DNA of 63,939 nt, counting the filler, from Chiloscyllium plagiosum (taxonomy: Eukaryota): assembly GCF_004010195.1 (NCBI RefSeq). It is 5 parts of 2 records of this genome, joined end to end, with 100 filler letters (N's around TTAATTAATTAA, not from the genome) between each part and the next. Parts side by side here need not be neighbours in the genome. Positions count along the whole stretch, not along the records: positions 35,397 to 48,155 come from NC_057715.1; positions 48,256 to 61,262 come from NC_057715.1; 3 more parts are not named here. One strand, written 5' to 3'. Numbering within the stretch: position 1 is the first letter of the stretch; each line of letters opens with the position of its first letter. Shown in pieces: positions 38,801 to 51,518 of the stretch. A program made the translations under genes and the position numbers. Below the pieces are notes generated by a model. That model was not told where the DNA came from. It ran no database searches and saw only the letters and a list, made by a program, of their open reading frames with translations.

Positions 38801-41800
38801 ATCAATGAATGAACCCAAGTCCATGGTGCAGATACATCCGTAATGCTGTTGGGCAGAGTGTTCCCAGAGTATGACCCAATGACAGTGAAGGATCAGCAAT
38901 ATGTTTGAAGTCAGGATGGGGATTGACTTGAAGACAAACTTGCAGGGCATTTCTGGGTATTTATTGCCCTCATCTTTCTAGATAGCAGTGGGCACAGGTT
39001 CAGAAGGTGCTGTTTAGCAAGCCTCAGCAAATTTCTGCAGTGGATCTTGTAGTTGGCACACATGACTGCTGCTAGTTTGTCCATGGTAAAGGGAGTGAAT
39101 GTTTGTGAACATGGTGATGTGAGCAGGACAAGAGTGCAAATTTATTCCTACATAGTATACATATGACAGAGCTCAACATCAGTTTTTTTTTGCAAATGCG
39201 CCAATAGTAATGTTGTGTTGTAATTGCACGATGCAGATCAGAACTGATTCCCATACTGTCCTGGTAGACTGCACTCAGCTGCAGTAACAGTGCAGGCCAT
39301 TACAAATGCAAGTTCTGTTTACCATTCAGTGGCCACTGCAAGGAGAAAGATCTACATTGTGGTGTCATGTGAGTAGATGATTAAACGGTGTCATCTGCCC
39401 TTCTTGATTCCTCTGAACCTTGCACCAACATGATACAGGAGTTGAAGATTGAATGGGAAGTGGAGGCAGGGAAAAGGAGGTGCAAAGGAAATTCAGCATC
39501 ATGTCTTTTGCACATACAGGAGTAGCCAATTAAGCCTCTTATGCCTGCTCTACCATTGTATTAAAACATACTGATCAGTACTTCTATATATCTGGAGCGA
39601 AGTGAGAAAGGATGCATTCACACACCAACTGAAACAATAGATATTTTAAAAAATATAACTAGTTACTCAGATGACTACATAATTGTCATGTTTGGAAAGG
39701 GTATTAAGAAAACAAATCGCCTCCTGTGATACAGCTCAGATCAGTTTGAAGCTAGTCACAGAATGGCTTCAGCATTTCTTCATTCACATAAAAGCTGTGT
39801 GCTACAGCATCTGCAAAGTGTCTTGGTCACACTTTTTCTGCATAATTGAGTGAGTTCATTGAAAAATATCTTAGATGCAACTAAAGAATTAATGAAATTG
39901 AGATAATAATGAAGGTTTAGAATTTCAGAAACAATAAGGCAAGGATGATGACTTGCAGATAAACATTCTATAATAAACAGACTGCACAAACATGAAAAAA
40001 AATTACGATTCTATGCAAACTTTTCTTCCTGGAGAAAGTGAGGACTGCAGATGCTGGAGATCAGAGCTGAAAATGTGTTGCTGGAAAAGCGCAGCAGGTC
40101 AGGCAGCATCCAAGGAACAGGAGAATCGACGTTTCGGGCATAAGCCCTTCTTCCTGCCTTCTTATAAATACTGGGGATGCTTCATTATGATGTTATGTAT
40201 TTCTCAATGTTCTCTAACATCACAATCATTCTGGCATTTTGGTAACGATAGGAACTCTTGTTTTTAATTTCCTTCCACGATCACATCATCATGTCCCTAA
40301 TTACACAGCTTCCCAAATGGATATCCATATCCTGCTTCAAAGTCATTGTTTAAATTTTGAATCAATGGCCTGGAATCAATTAATTTTACTTTATTACAAG
40401 ATGATAAGAAACAAGAACATTTGGCCCCCCAAGTCTGCTCTACCATTCAAGAGGACTGTGATTATTCAGCATTCCTCACGTCCATTTTCCCCATAATCCT
40501 AGATTCCCCTACTGATCAAGAATCTACCTATTCTCAGCCTTAAATATACGCAAGGACTGACTCATAGCCGTCAGTCACAAAGTTCTCCAAAGACAACTCT
40601 CAGAGATGAAATTCCTCAAATCAGTCTTGGTGCTCTAATTCTGAGACTATGCTTTCTGCCCCTTCAGCACATCATCATCTTAGCATTCACCACATCAAGA
40701 CCCCTAAGAATGTTACATGTTTCAATGACATCACCTTACATTCTTCTAAATTCCAATGAGTAGCATCCAACTTGTTTAACCTTTGCTTTTAAGACAAACT
40801 TTCCATACTAGGGATTAACCTAGTGAACATTCTTTGAACTGGATACAGTCCTGGAAGTAAAGGAACTTTTCCTGCAATTGTGTTTTTTTTAAATAAAGGC
40901 AAGTTTGCATTTACGAAGCATTTTTACAACCACAGCATCTTTTAAAGTCTGTTGCAGTCAATGAAGTACTTTTATAATGTATTCATTGCTGTAATGCATT
41001 AAACTGATTTAACCTGTATTCCACAATTACATATTTTGCTAGAGAAACATTGCACTGTTATTTACCCTGTCAACTCCTTTCGTTAACTAAAATATCTCAA
41101 TTAAACCAATACACATGCTCGTCTCAAAAGTCTTAACCATGAGGAGGCCATTCAGCCCATGCCAATCTTCTGTTGAGCAATCCAAGTAGCCCTGTACTCC
41201 CACTCCACCCATTAACCCTTCAAGCCTGAGTTAAGATTTTCAAAAGGAAATTGGATCACTATTTGTCAAGTGAAAGTGTGCAGGGCAAAAAGGAAGGGCA
41301 GTGGTTCTAGATAAACTGTTCCTTCGGAGAACCAATGCAGAAATTACAATAGGGAATGACAACCAAGTTTTCCCAGTCTTTCCTCATTTCGATCCTTCAT
41401 GTCTAGGAGTATGAAGAAGTTGTCACTCGACTTTCTTTGTGCACAACATATATTTCTTGCAATGAACTGTCAAATATTCTAATTCAAAAAGTCAAGAAAA
41501 ATTAATGGTCTGAAAATGCTGCAAATATATTTGTATCTTAAAAAGACTTCAGAAAGGAAGGGTTATGGATGCTAACTTGTTTACTGTTTCTTTTGTTTTC
41601 TGTTCTTATTAAGTGAGGTTTGATCATCGATTTAGACAATTGCCGTGGCATTCCCCTGCTTCCATATTCTAAACCCGATGAACTCTTTTGCCCCATTGTA
41701 TCTCTGATCATGTTTTGTTTGGATCTATAAGATAGATTTTTCTAGCATGCAACCAGATGCCTAAATCTCCCTGTTCAGCTGTGTCTTATATCATCATGTT

Positions 41801-42450
41801 TCCCAACTTGTAATATATTTCCACCTACTAATCTTATATCTGATATATGTTTTGTGAAGTAAAGTGTCACATGTAAGTGTCAGAAGTTTCTGGAACCTCA
41901 AACAAGCTGTCATCTTCCGACATGATCTGAGTCAGTGATCGACAATCTATTCATCGGAGAACAACCTTGTGCACAGCCCAATCCTGTCCTCATACATATT
42001 TTCCAGCAAACAGATACTGGACTTCTAACAAGAACACTGTCAGTTTTCTTCCCCTTCCTAGCCTCATGCAGCAGCCAACATCAGGGGCCAAAGGGCTGTT
42101 CTGTGCTGTACTTTTCTATGTTCTAAGATCATGCTAACTCATGACAGACCATGTGAATTTAAGATCTAGATTCACCAACCTGACTTACAAAGAACCAGAC
42201 CATGCAGTTCAACAAGAAATATTCACTGAGCAATAACCATTATGAGCACAAGCATCTGCCACTTCAGGCACATTACCTAATATACTCAGCTAAAAGTTCA
42301 TGTGAAATTGCCAGCATACAACCACAGCACAGTCACTGTCATTTCCAAAAGCAAAAAAAAGGTATGAACAGTTTGCAACTGTCACAAAGAACAAAACTCT
42401 GTAGATGCCAGAAATCAGAAATATCAGAACATGGCAGCATCTACAGGGAG

Positions 42451-42606
42451 GTCGATATTTCGGGCAAAAGCCCTTCATCAGGATGAAGGGCTTTTGCCCG
42501 AAACATCGATTTTCCTGCTCCTTGGATGCTGTCTGACCTGCTGTGCTTTTCCAGCACTACTCTAATCGAGATTGATTTCAAGCATCTGCAGTACCCACTT
42601 CTGCCT
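42451..42606. mobile_element. Short PLE-derived insert with head-to-head hammerhead motifs, RSF1 intron 1
   Basis: 15-bp TSD AGCATCTACAGGGAG (42436-42450 / 42607-42621). Inverted duplication of the GGGCTTTTGCCCGAAA unit. Confidence 0.85.
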
Positions 42607-43949
42607 AGCATCTACAGGGAGAGGAAGAAAGTTAACAATCCAGTTTAATAATTATTCAACAGTGCTGCATTTCTAAATGGACTGAAAATTAGTCAATCGC
42701 AAAATTTCAAGTGCCTTTAATACCCTGAATCCTGTTTATAAGAGAAAATTCGACAAATACGCATCAAATCAGTCAGCATTTGTACTCAAATAATCTATGC
42801 TTCCAATAAAGTCTTTATCAGAATAAAGTTATTTGGTATTGACTGCCTTGAATTGATTAGTAGGAAGTGAGGACAGATGAAGGGCTTTTGCCCAAAAAGT
42901 CAATTCTCCAGCTCCTCAGATGCTGTCTGACCTGCTGTGCTTTCCCAGCACCACACACACTGCCTTGAATCAATGGAAGGTGACCAACCAAAAACATTAA
43001 CGTTGTTTTTCTCTCCAAAAGGTGTTACCCAACCTGCTGAGAACATCTAGAAGTAAAAATAGAAATTGTTGGAAAAGCTCAGCAAGTCTAGCAGCAGCTG
43101 TGGAGAGAAATCAGAGTTAACGTTCATGTCAAGTGATTTTCCTCAGTACATCCAGCATGTTCTGTTTTTGTTAATGGAGCAAAACTGGGTATTTCAAAAC
43201 TTAAACAAGAACATCTGGTCTATTACAAGAAACAATTATTTAAATACATGGAATTAAATCGTTTCCCTACAATAATGCAGTTATATTTCAATGCACCTTT
43301 TACACCAACCTCAAACTCTCATTTGATTTAGCTGAGCTTCAAGTGAGAAAGTGAAAAATCAAAAACTTGCAAACACACAAAACCACCTTAAAATTCCAAA
43401 TGAGATGCTCGTGTTTCATATTTGAAACAGAATTATGAAAATTTATACAAAAGGAGCAAAAACACTAATGTGGAATCCTTTTTAAAAAAACGAAAAAACG
43501 ACAAAAGAAACAAGGATATTTGGAAGAGAATTTAGAAAATACAAAGGGAAGGGGGAAAACAGGGATTAAAAACGAGGGGGCGATTGAGGATGAAAATGGC
43601 TTAAAAGTAAGAGATGGAAAAAGTAAAGGTGAGAAATATTTTCATTCTTTTCTTACTTTTAACAGGAAGTCTCAAGTGATGCAGGCGCATGCGTGGTATT
43701 AAAAGGCGCTTGATATTTTGGCAATTGATTGTTGATTTTTGTGTCATTCGAAAAATTGTTGGAGATTATTTGGTTCGTTGGCCATGTACGAGTCAAAAGA
43801 GGAGAGAGGATTGGGCTAGTTTTGATTCTAAACCCATGCGTGGTTACCACACATAATAGACATGGGGGATGCTAGATGATCCCGTCTCTGCTTTATTAAC
43901 AGCATTTCATCTCAAACATCAGCTTATTCGGTCTTCTCTTAGGTAATTT

Positions 43950-44350
43950 ATTTCGGCCTTACCAGATTTTTTGTTTTCCAGCGCTTCTTCCAGCTCGGGG
44001 AAGGTGAATTCGGGCAGTTCCAACGAGGCGCCATAGCGCTCTAGGAAAGAACAGACAACGGCGAAATTGGGCTTAGAGGCGACCGCCGCCATCTTAGTGT
44101 CGGAGGACTCCGCGCAGTCCTCCGCTATCCCGACGAGCAACGCTAGCTTCCTCTCCGCACCCCTGCTTCCCAACACGCCCGAGCCGGCTAGAAGTAAACA
44201 TAGATTGGGGGCGTTTGGAGGAACAGGCAAGTCAGGAAGAATCTTCCAACGTCCCGTCCTGCACCGCGCTCAAAGAGCCAGGCACGAGCAAAGGATTCGA
44301 CGGGAGGGAGCAAGAGCGGCCGTTGCCCTAGTAACCGTTGGTTAGCAACT
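43950..44350 (-). promoter_or_regulatory. CpG-rich promoter / 5' region of RSF1-like gene
   Basis: Unique-sequence stretch with retained CpGs. YY1-type motif AAGATGGCGGC over the ATG (44085-44095), CCAAT on the minus strand (44204-44208), and two RFX X-box-like palindromes at 44322-44335 and 44337-44349. Confidence 0.7.
43963..44092 (-). CDS. RSF1: RSF1-like (remodeling and spacing factor 1) coding exon 1
   Basis: ATG at 44092 in AAGATGGCGGC context. Translates MAAVASKPNFAVVCSFLERYGASLELPEFTFPELEEALENKKS, matching the RSF1 N-terminal motif PNFAVVCSFLERYG..L.LPE..FPELE. Ends at donor G|GTAAGG (phase 1). Lies in a CpG-rich region. Confidence 0.93.
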
Positions 44351-45021
44351 GGCCCAGGGAATTGAGGTAATGGTGAAAGTTAGTCGAAAAGTTCATTAAA
44401 TGCTTATTCTCTTTCTTTCACGAAGGAGGGGAATGAAACCCACAGAAGATATTAGCTGCTTTATTTTAATTTTTTTTAATATAAGTGGTGGGAAAAGAGG
44501 ATTGTAATTAGTAAATTTGTTTGAGCTGTAGGCCGACGATTGAATTTTTTGCTGTTTCTTTTATTCATTCATGGGATGTGGGAGTCACTGCACAGGCATT
44601 AATTGTCCATCCCTAATTGCAGAGTCAACCACATGGCAATGGCTCTGGACTCACAAGTAGGCCAGACTGGATTAGTTAGAGTAAAAAAAACTGCAGACGC
44701 TGGAATCCAAAGTAGACAGGCAGGAGGCTGGACGAACATGCCAAGCCAGGCAGCAACAGGAGGTGGAGAAGTCAATATTTCGGGTGTAACCCTTCTTCAG
44801 ATCTGGGCTGGTTGGCAGATTTCCTTCCCTAAAGGCCATTAGTGAGCTAGATTTGTTTTCTCTCAGCAACTGCTTCATGTTTGTTGTTGGAACCTTAATA
44901 TTTTTAAATTGCATTCAAGTTGAACCCAGGTACCCAGAATATCACCTAGGTCATAAGACATAGGAGCAGAAATTAGACCATTCAGCCCATTGAGTCTGCT
45001 CTGCCAGTCAATCATGGTTCG

Positions 45022-45240
45022 AGACAAAAGAACCTGCAGATACTGGAATCCAAAGTAGACAGGCAGGAGGCTGGAAGAACACAGCAAGCTAAGCAGTACC
45101 AGGAGGTGGAGAAGTTGATGTTTTGGGTGTAATCCTTCTTAAGGACTGCCAAAATGTTGACTTCTCTACTACCTGATGCTGCCTGGCTTGCTGTGTTCTT
45201 CCAGCTTCCTGCCTGTCTATCTGCAGTCCTCACTTTCTCC
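45022..45240. mobile_element. Older palindromic PLE-derived insert (GGGT-TAC-ACCC stem family); a single-arm copy is at ~44685-44800
   Basis: Imperfect inverted repeat. The 44.7 kb copy reads CTGAAGAAGGGTTACACCCGAAATATT on the minus strand. Confidence 0.7.
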
Positions 45241-46899
45241 TTAACTATAAACATGCCAACCATAAACCTTTAAGTGTTGGGCCAGTTTTGTTACAGATGT
45301 ATGTAACTTTAGTTGGGCCACATGTGGAATATTGCGTGTAGTTCTGATGACTGCACTACCAGAAGGACTTGGATGCTTTGGAGAAGGTGCAGAGAAGGTT
45401 TACCAGGATGTTGCCTGGTCTGAAGAGTTTTAGTTCGGAGGAGAAGTTGAATAAACTCAGATTGTTTTCATTGAAAAGACGGAGGCTAAGGGTCAACCTG
45501 ATAGAGGTCAACAAAATTATGAGAGGCATTAGCAAGTTTTGAGAAGATTTGTAGCTCAGATTGAGGTTCTAGAATGTAAATTTGCTGACTCAGCTGGAAG
45601 GTCCATTTTCAGATGTTTCGTAACCATACCAGGTAACATCTACAGTGAGCATGGCGTAGAAAGGTCAACTACAAGAGAGCACAGGTTCAAGGTGAGAGGG
45701 AAAGTTTAGGGGAGAAGTTTGGGGAATGTTTTTCACAGAGAAAGTGGTGAGTGCCTGGAACACACTGCCAGTGGACATGGTGGAAGCAGGCACATTAGTA
45801 ATGTTTAAGGCATGTCTTGATAGACATATGAATGGGAGACAGAGGGATAGAAACTGAGTATGGGCAATACGTAGCAGGTCTAAATCAAGATTAGGAATCG
45901 GCACATGCTTGGTGGGCTGAAGGGTCTGTTCCTGTACTGTATTGTATTCTATCGTATTGTATTTGCCTGCATTTGGTCCATATCCCTCTAAATTTTTGCT
46001 ATTCATGCACCTGTCCAAATGTCTTTTAAATATTGTAATTGCACCCACCTCTACCACTTTCTGTGGCAATTCATTCCATACATGCACCATTCGCTGTGTC
46101 AAAAAGTTGACTCTCTAGTCCCTTTTAAATTTTTCCCTTCTCACCTTAAGTCTGTATCCTCTAGTTTTAGACTTCTCTACCCTGGGGAAAAGACCTTATC
46201 TATACCCCACAAGCCTGATTTGCCATTCACCGCGATCACAGTCAATCTGTGGTCCAATTCTATAAATCACTCTTTAGCCCATATCCCCTCAGACCTCTTT
46301 TTAACAAAAATAAATTATCTGTCTCAAACTGATCTATATAGCACCTTTTTGGGATCTGAGGATGTATGCGCAAGAAGTTTTAAAATGCACTCAAGTGTTG
46401 TAATGTAGGGAACATAGCAGCCAATTTGTGCACACCAAGCTCCCACAAATGTGAGCATTGATTTGGCACTACCCTCTTGACCTGTTCCATCTTCCTTCCC
46501 ACCTGTCCGCTCCACCGTCCCCACCAACCTATCACCATCAGCCCGCCCCTCCCACCTGCATCCACCTATCACCTTCCCAGCTACCTTCCCCGCCCTGCCA
46601 AAGCCCCACCCCCCACCCTCATATTTATCTCACAGCAGGGCCCCCTCCCCCATTCCTGATGAAGGGCTTATGCCTGCAACATCGACTCTTCTGTTCCTCA
46701 GATGCTGCCTGACCTGCTGTGATTATCCAGTTTTTGACTCTCCAACATCTGCAGACCTCACTTTCTCCCAGTCACTGGAAAAGATCAGACATCTCAGTGT
46801 CCAAGTGGAGCAAAATGAAAATTGATGGTAGGAGAAAGGAACAGTAATTGTGAGGAAGGGAAAGAGACGTTTCTGGACGAGACTTTGTTCGGAGGCTCA

Positions 46900-46934
46900 C
46901 TGAAGATGTTACCCTAGTATGGTGACGAAACGTC
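46900..46934 (+). ncRNA. Minimal hammerhead ribozyme motif (distinct family, 6-bp stem II)
   Basis: CTGAAGA-T-GTTACC-CTAGTAT-GGTGAC-GAAA-CGTC. Flanks TCA/TGA give a 3-bp stem I. A related copy lies inverted at 45529-45650. Confidence 0.7.
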
Positions 46935-48021
46935 TGAAAATCAACCATCCACCTCAATGAGCAAACGTACATCTAGAACCTCAACGTGAGCTACAAATCT
47001 TCTCAAAACTCGCTAACACCTATGGGCGTAATACGACAAAACTGGCCCAAAAATGGGAAACGAATGCCAGAGAAGTTTCTGTTAGAACCAAAACTAAATA
47101 GTTGCCAAAGCACAAGACAAATATTGCAACTTAAGTTAAAGTATTTAATTTGTTTGATATTGAACTCTATTTACAACCTTAAATGTTAAAACCAGTCCAT
47201 CATAAGGCTAATTTAGAGCTGGGTGAAAAAAAGGCACATCTATTTATGTTGGCTTTATGGTGTCTGGTTTGCATTTTAAACCAGAAGAATTTCCAGATGG
47301 CTTACTTTAAACTGTTTGGAAACAATCTTATTTTTAACACAGTTTCTGTTATTTGTGTAAATAAATGTACCTGTTTCTTCCACTTGCTGATTTTCATATC
47401 TCTTGCCTGAGGTTCTGCCTAAATAGGGAATGAATAACCCCTAGGCAGCTTGTTACACTTCAAGATCTTGTAGACATGGCTAAGTATTCATAACTAGAGA
47501 AGCACGTGCCATTATGTAGTGCATTGCAGAATGGGGACTGTCATTGTCTGGCAAGCCCTAATTCTGTTCCCTTCAGCAGGCAAATTTCTAGAATGGCTAC
47601 TAAATGACCAGGCAAAAAGCAACTGTCGCAACATCAGGACATCCCAAATTGTTTAATAGACTTGAACTACTCCAGAAGTGTAATGTAGTAAACATGGCAA
47701 CCAATTTGCACATACTAAGCTCCACCAAAAAAGTACAAATGACTAAATTGTCCGCTGTAGTTCCAGGCCGAGCCTGATTAATGAACATCCAACTTCTGAA
47801 CACTCATACTTATGAATACAATCCCACATAGGGCTGTATTAAAATTAATTTTTAAGATCTGACACATGTGTGTCCTCCTACTTAAGAACAGCTATTTTAT
47901 GTTGTACTGCATTGTGTTCCAACTTGTTGGAGGGCACGGTGGCTCAGTAGATAGCATTGCTGCCTCACAGTTCCAGGGATCAGTGTTCGATTTCAGCCTG
48001 GGACAGTTGTCGATGTGGAGT

Positions 48022-48452
48022 TTCCCTGCCGAGGATATGGAGGTGCTGGGCCTCCTCCACCGCCGCTCCCTCACCACCAGACGCCTGGAGGAAGAACGCC
48101 TCATCTTCCGCCTCGGAACACTTCAACCCCAGGGCATCAATGTGGATTTTAACAGNNNNNNNNNNNNNNNNNNNNNNNNNNNNNNNNNNNNNNNNNNNNT
48201 TAATTAATTAANNNNNNNNNNNNNNNNNNNNNNNNNNNNNNNNNNNNNNNNNNNNAGGGGAAATGAGGAAGCTGGAGAAATCTACATTCATCCCGTTGTG
48301 GTTGGAGGGTTCCTAGGCGGAAGATGAGGCGCTCTTCCTCCAGGCGTCGTGTGGTCAGGGTCTGGCGATGGAGGAGGCCAAGGACCTGCATGTCATTGGC
48401 GGAGTGGGAGGGGGAGTTAAAGTGTTCAGCCATGGGGTGGTTGGGTTGGTTG
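48022..48452. mobile_element. Two Penelope-like GIY-YIG C-terminal fragments converging on a gap
   Basis: RRLEEERLIFRLGTLQP.G.N occurs on plus (48022-48155) and on minus (48256-48452). The two are clearly non-identical copies. Confidence 0.8.
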
Positions 48453-48677
48453 GTTCAGATTGGTATGACAGTTCGGCGCAACATCGAGGGCCGAAGGGTC
48501 TGTATTGCGTTGTAATGTTCAATGTTCTATGTTCTATTTACTGTATAGTTCGTTTGGTATTGCATATTCCCAAGTGCATCACCTTGCATTTGTCTGGATT
48601 GAACTCCATCTACCATTTCTCTGCCCAACTGTCCAATCTACCCATATTCTGCTGTATCCCTGGTAAGGTAAGGACTC

Positions 48678-50210
48678 AGTAGGGATAGTCAGCATGACGT
48701 TGTGCGTGGGAAATTGTATCGCACTAACTTGATTGAGTTTTTTTTGAGGACATAACCAAAAACAGTGATGAGTGCAAAGCCGTGGATGTGGTCTACACGG
48801 ACTTTAGTAAAGCCTTTGACAAGACTCCACATGTTAGACTAATTGGTAAAGTTAGATCACATGAGTTTTAGGGAGAGCTTGTCATTTGGATACAAAAGTG
48901 GTTTGATGGTCAGAAACAGAGGGTGGTGGAGCAGTGTTTGTCAGACCACAGGGATCACAGCTGGGTCCACGTTTCTTTGTCATTTACATAAATGATTTGG
49001 ATGCAAATATCGAAGGTCTGGTTAGTAAATTTGCCGACGAAACCAAAATTGGTGGCATTATAGACAGTGAAGAAGGTTTTCTAAGATTAGATAACAATCT
49101 TGATCAATTAGGCCAATGGGCTGAGGAGTAGCAGATAAGAGTTTAGTTTGGATAAATGCAAGGAACTGCATTGTGGTAAAGTGAACAAGGGCAGGATTTA
49201 CACCGTTACTGGTAAGGCCTTGGGTAGAGAGACCTAGGGGTTCAAGTACGTAGCTCATTGAAAGTTGCATCACAGGTAGACGGGATGGTTAAGAAGACGT
49301 TTAGCATGCTTGCCTTCATTGCTCAGACATTTGAGTATAGAAGTTGGGGTGCGATGTTGAGATTGTACAGGACATTGGTGAGGCCTCTTCTGGAATACGG
49401 AGTACAGTTCTGTTTGTCCTGCTTTTGGAAGGATCTTGTTAAACTGGAGCGGGCTCAGAAGAGATTTTAGATTAGATTAGATTAGATTCCCTACAGTATG
49501 GAAACAGGTCCTGGGGCCCAACAAGTCCACACCGACCCTCTGAAAAGTAACCCCATACCCATTCTGCTACCCTCTATGCACCCCTGACTAATGCACCTAA
49601 CAGGATGGGCAATTTAGCATGGCCAAGTCACCTGATCTGCACATCTTTGGACTGTGGGAGGAAACTGGAGCACCCAGAGAAAACCCACATAGACACGGGG
49701 AGAATGTGCAAACTCCACACAGTCACCCAAGGCTGGAATCGAACCCGGGTCCCTAGTGTTGTGAAACAGCAGAGCTAACCACTGAGCCACCATGCCGTCC
49801 CAGGATGTTGCCAGGACCAGATGGTTGAGTTATAATGAGAGATTGGGTAGGCTGTAACTTTTTTCACTGGAACATGGGTGGTTTATAAAATTATGAAAAG
49901 TATAGATAGGGTAAATAGCAGGTGTCTTTTCCCTCAGGTGGGGAGTTCAAAACCAGGGGGCATATTTTGAAGGTGACAGAGGAGAAACATTAGAGAGGCA
50001 CCTGAGGGCAACTTTTTCACACAGAGGGTGGCTCATACGTGGAATGAACTGCCAGAGGAAGTGATGGATGCAGGTACAGTGGGGACAAGTACATGAATAA
50101 GAAAGGTTTAGAGGGATACAGGCTGAATGCAGGCAAGTGGGACTAGTTTTAGTTTGGTTGGCATGAACAAGTTGGATCAAAGGGTCTGTTTCTGTGCTGT
50201 TTGACTCTAT
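48678..50210 (+). mobile_element. CR1 RT/3' fragment interrupted by an HE1-type SINE (49467-49797, minus)
   Basis: YINDLD..VSKFADETK, LYRTLVRPLLEYGVQF. SINE with (TCTAA)n tail. Confidence 0.85.
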
Positions 50211-51470
50211 AATTAGAGGTGGGCAATAAAAGCTTTTGAAGTTCTTTAAAATGATGGATGGATATAAAACAGCAGGGTCCATTTGTGAGCAAGAGCCAAA
50301 CTAAGGAGCTATAATCTGAAAGGAACACAAATGAATCCAATGGAGATTGACTCAGAGCGTGGACTGAATATGCAATGTACTGGCAGATGGGATTTTTGAT
50401 GAAAATAGTGAAGGGAAGCTAGATAAACACATGAGGGACAAGGAATATGTTCATGGGCTGAGGTAAAGAGGGTCAGAAGGAAGGAGGCTTGAAAAGGAGT
50501 GACCTCAAAGGCAAGGGTTGAGCTTAAGTACAAGGCTCCAAGCTGACCCAAGTAGTGAGGTACCCAGAGTGCACTGCACCATTGGAGATGACATCTGTCA
50601 GATGAGGCAGCAAACGGAGGCCCCCATTGCCCTGGTTTCACAGACCCCAAATGGCCCTAAAACAGATGAACGAGTCATTATCACATTACCCTTTGTGGAA
50701 TCTTGCTGTGTGCATGTTTCCTGCAGTACCTCAGTGACGAGGTGTCTCAAAGCACTTTCAACCACATGAAAAGCTTTTTGAAACAATGAGGTTATAAATG
50801 GTGCTACATAAAGGCAATCCATTCATCATCATCCTTCAAGTCGAGACAGTTCTATTTAGGAACAAGTTGCTGCAGATGATGGAACCTGTACTGAAGACAA
50901 CAAAGGCTGGAGATCACAGTGGGTCAGAGCTCCAATGAAGAGCCATCGAGATTCGAAACGTTAGCTTGCTCTCTCTCCGTGTATGCTGCCCGACCTTCTG
51001 CGATCTCCAGCATTTGTGGTTTCCAGACAGCTCTACGTTCTCTTCTCTGTGCCCTGACAAAGCTGATAATGAGAGTCCTTGGACAGGGAAAACTAACCAT
51101 TGTTCTAACAAGACCACGGTGGCTCAGTGGTTAGCACGGCTGCCTCACAGCACCAGGGAGCCAGGTTTGATTCCACCCTCAGGCAACTGTCTGTATGGAG
51201 TTTGCACATTCTCCCCGTGTCTGTGTGGGTTTCCCCCCACGGTTCAAAGATGTGCAGGTTAGGGTGGATTGGCCATGGGAAATGCAGCAGTAGTGGGGTG
51301 GGTCTGGGTGAGATGCTGTTCAGAGGGTCGGTGTGCACTCGATGCGCTGAACAGCCTGCATCCACACTTTAGGGATTTTATGAAGACCAGTCTGATGGCT
51401 TTGCAAAAACACCTCCACACGAACTTTCAAAATCATGTTGGAAACACAGCAACAAGACTGACTGACTCAC

Positions 51471-51518
51471 CTGAAAATTGCCTTGGTCCAATCAGCTCCA
51501 CACTTAAACCCTTCAGCT
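51471..51518 (-). CDS. ATG16L2: ATG16L2-like WD40 exon (48 nt)
   Basis: Encodes (R)AEGFKCGADWTKAIF(S) (ATG16L2: RADGFKCGSDWTKAVFS). Acceptor CTTTCTAG, donor GTGAGT. Confidence 0.9.

Noticed and set aside
39780..39900. Minus-strand ORF containing RKSVT after an AG, as possible RSF1 exon 2
   Set aside because: Only KSVT matches; it lacks LHLKL and RWEKYL and runs into a stop without a convincing donor.
44093..44230. N-terminal extension of RSF1 in ORF 43919..44230
   Set aside because: The ORF starts at TTG, not ATG. Homology begins at the ATG at 44092, and the ORF reads through the splice donor.
48022..48452. One large Penelope palindrome spanning the gap
   Set aside because: The two arms differ at many positions, unlike the near-perfect arms of true fold-backs here; more likely two separate copies at contig ends.
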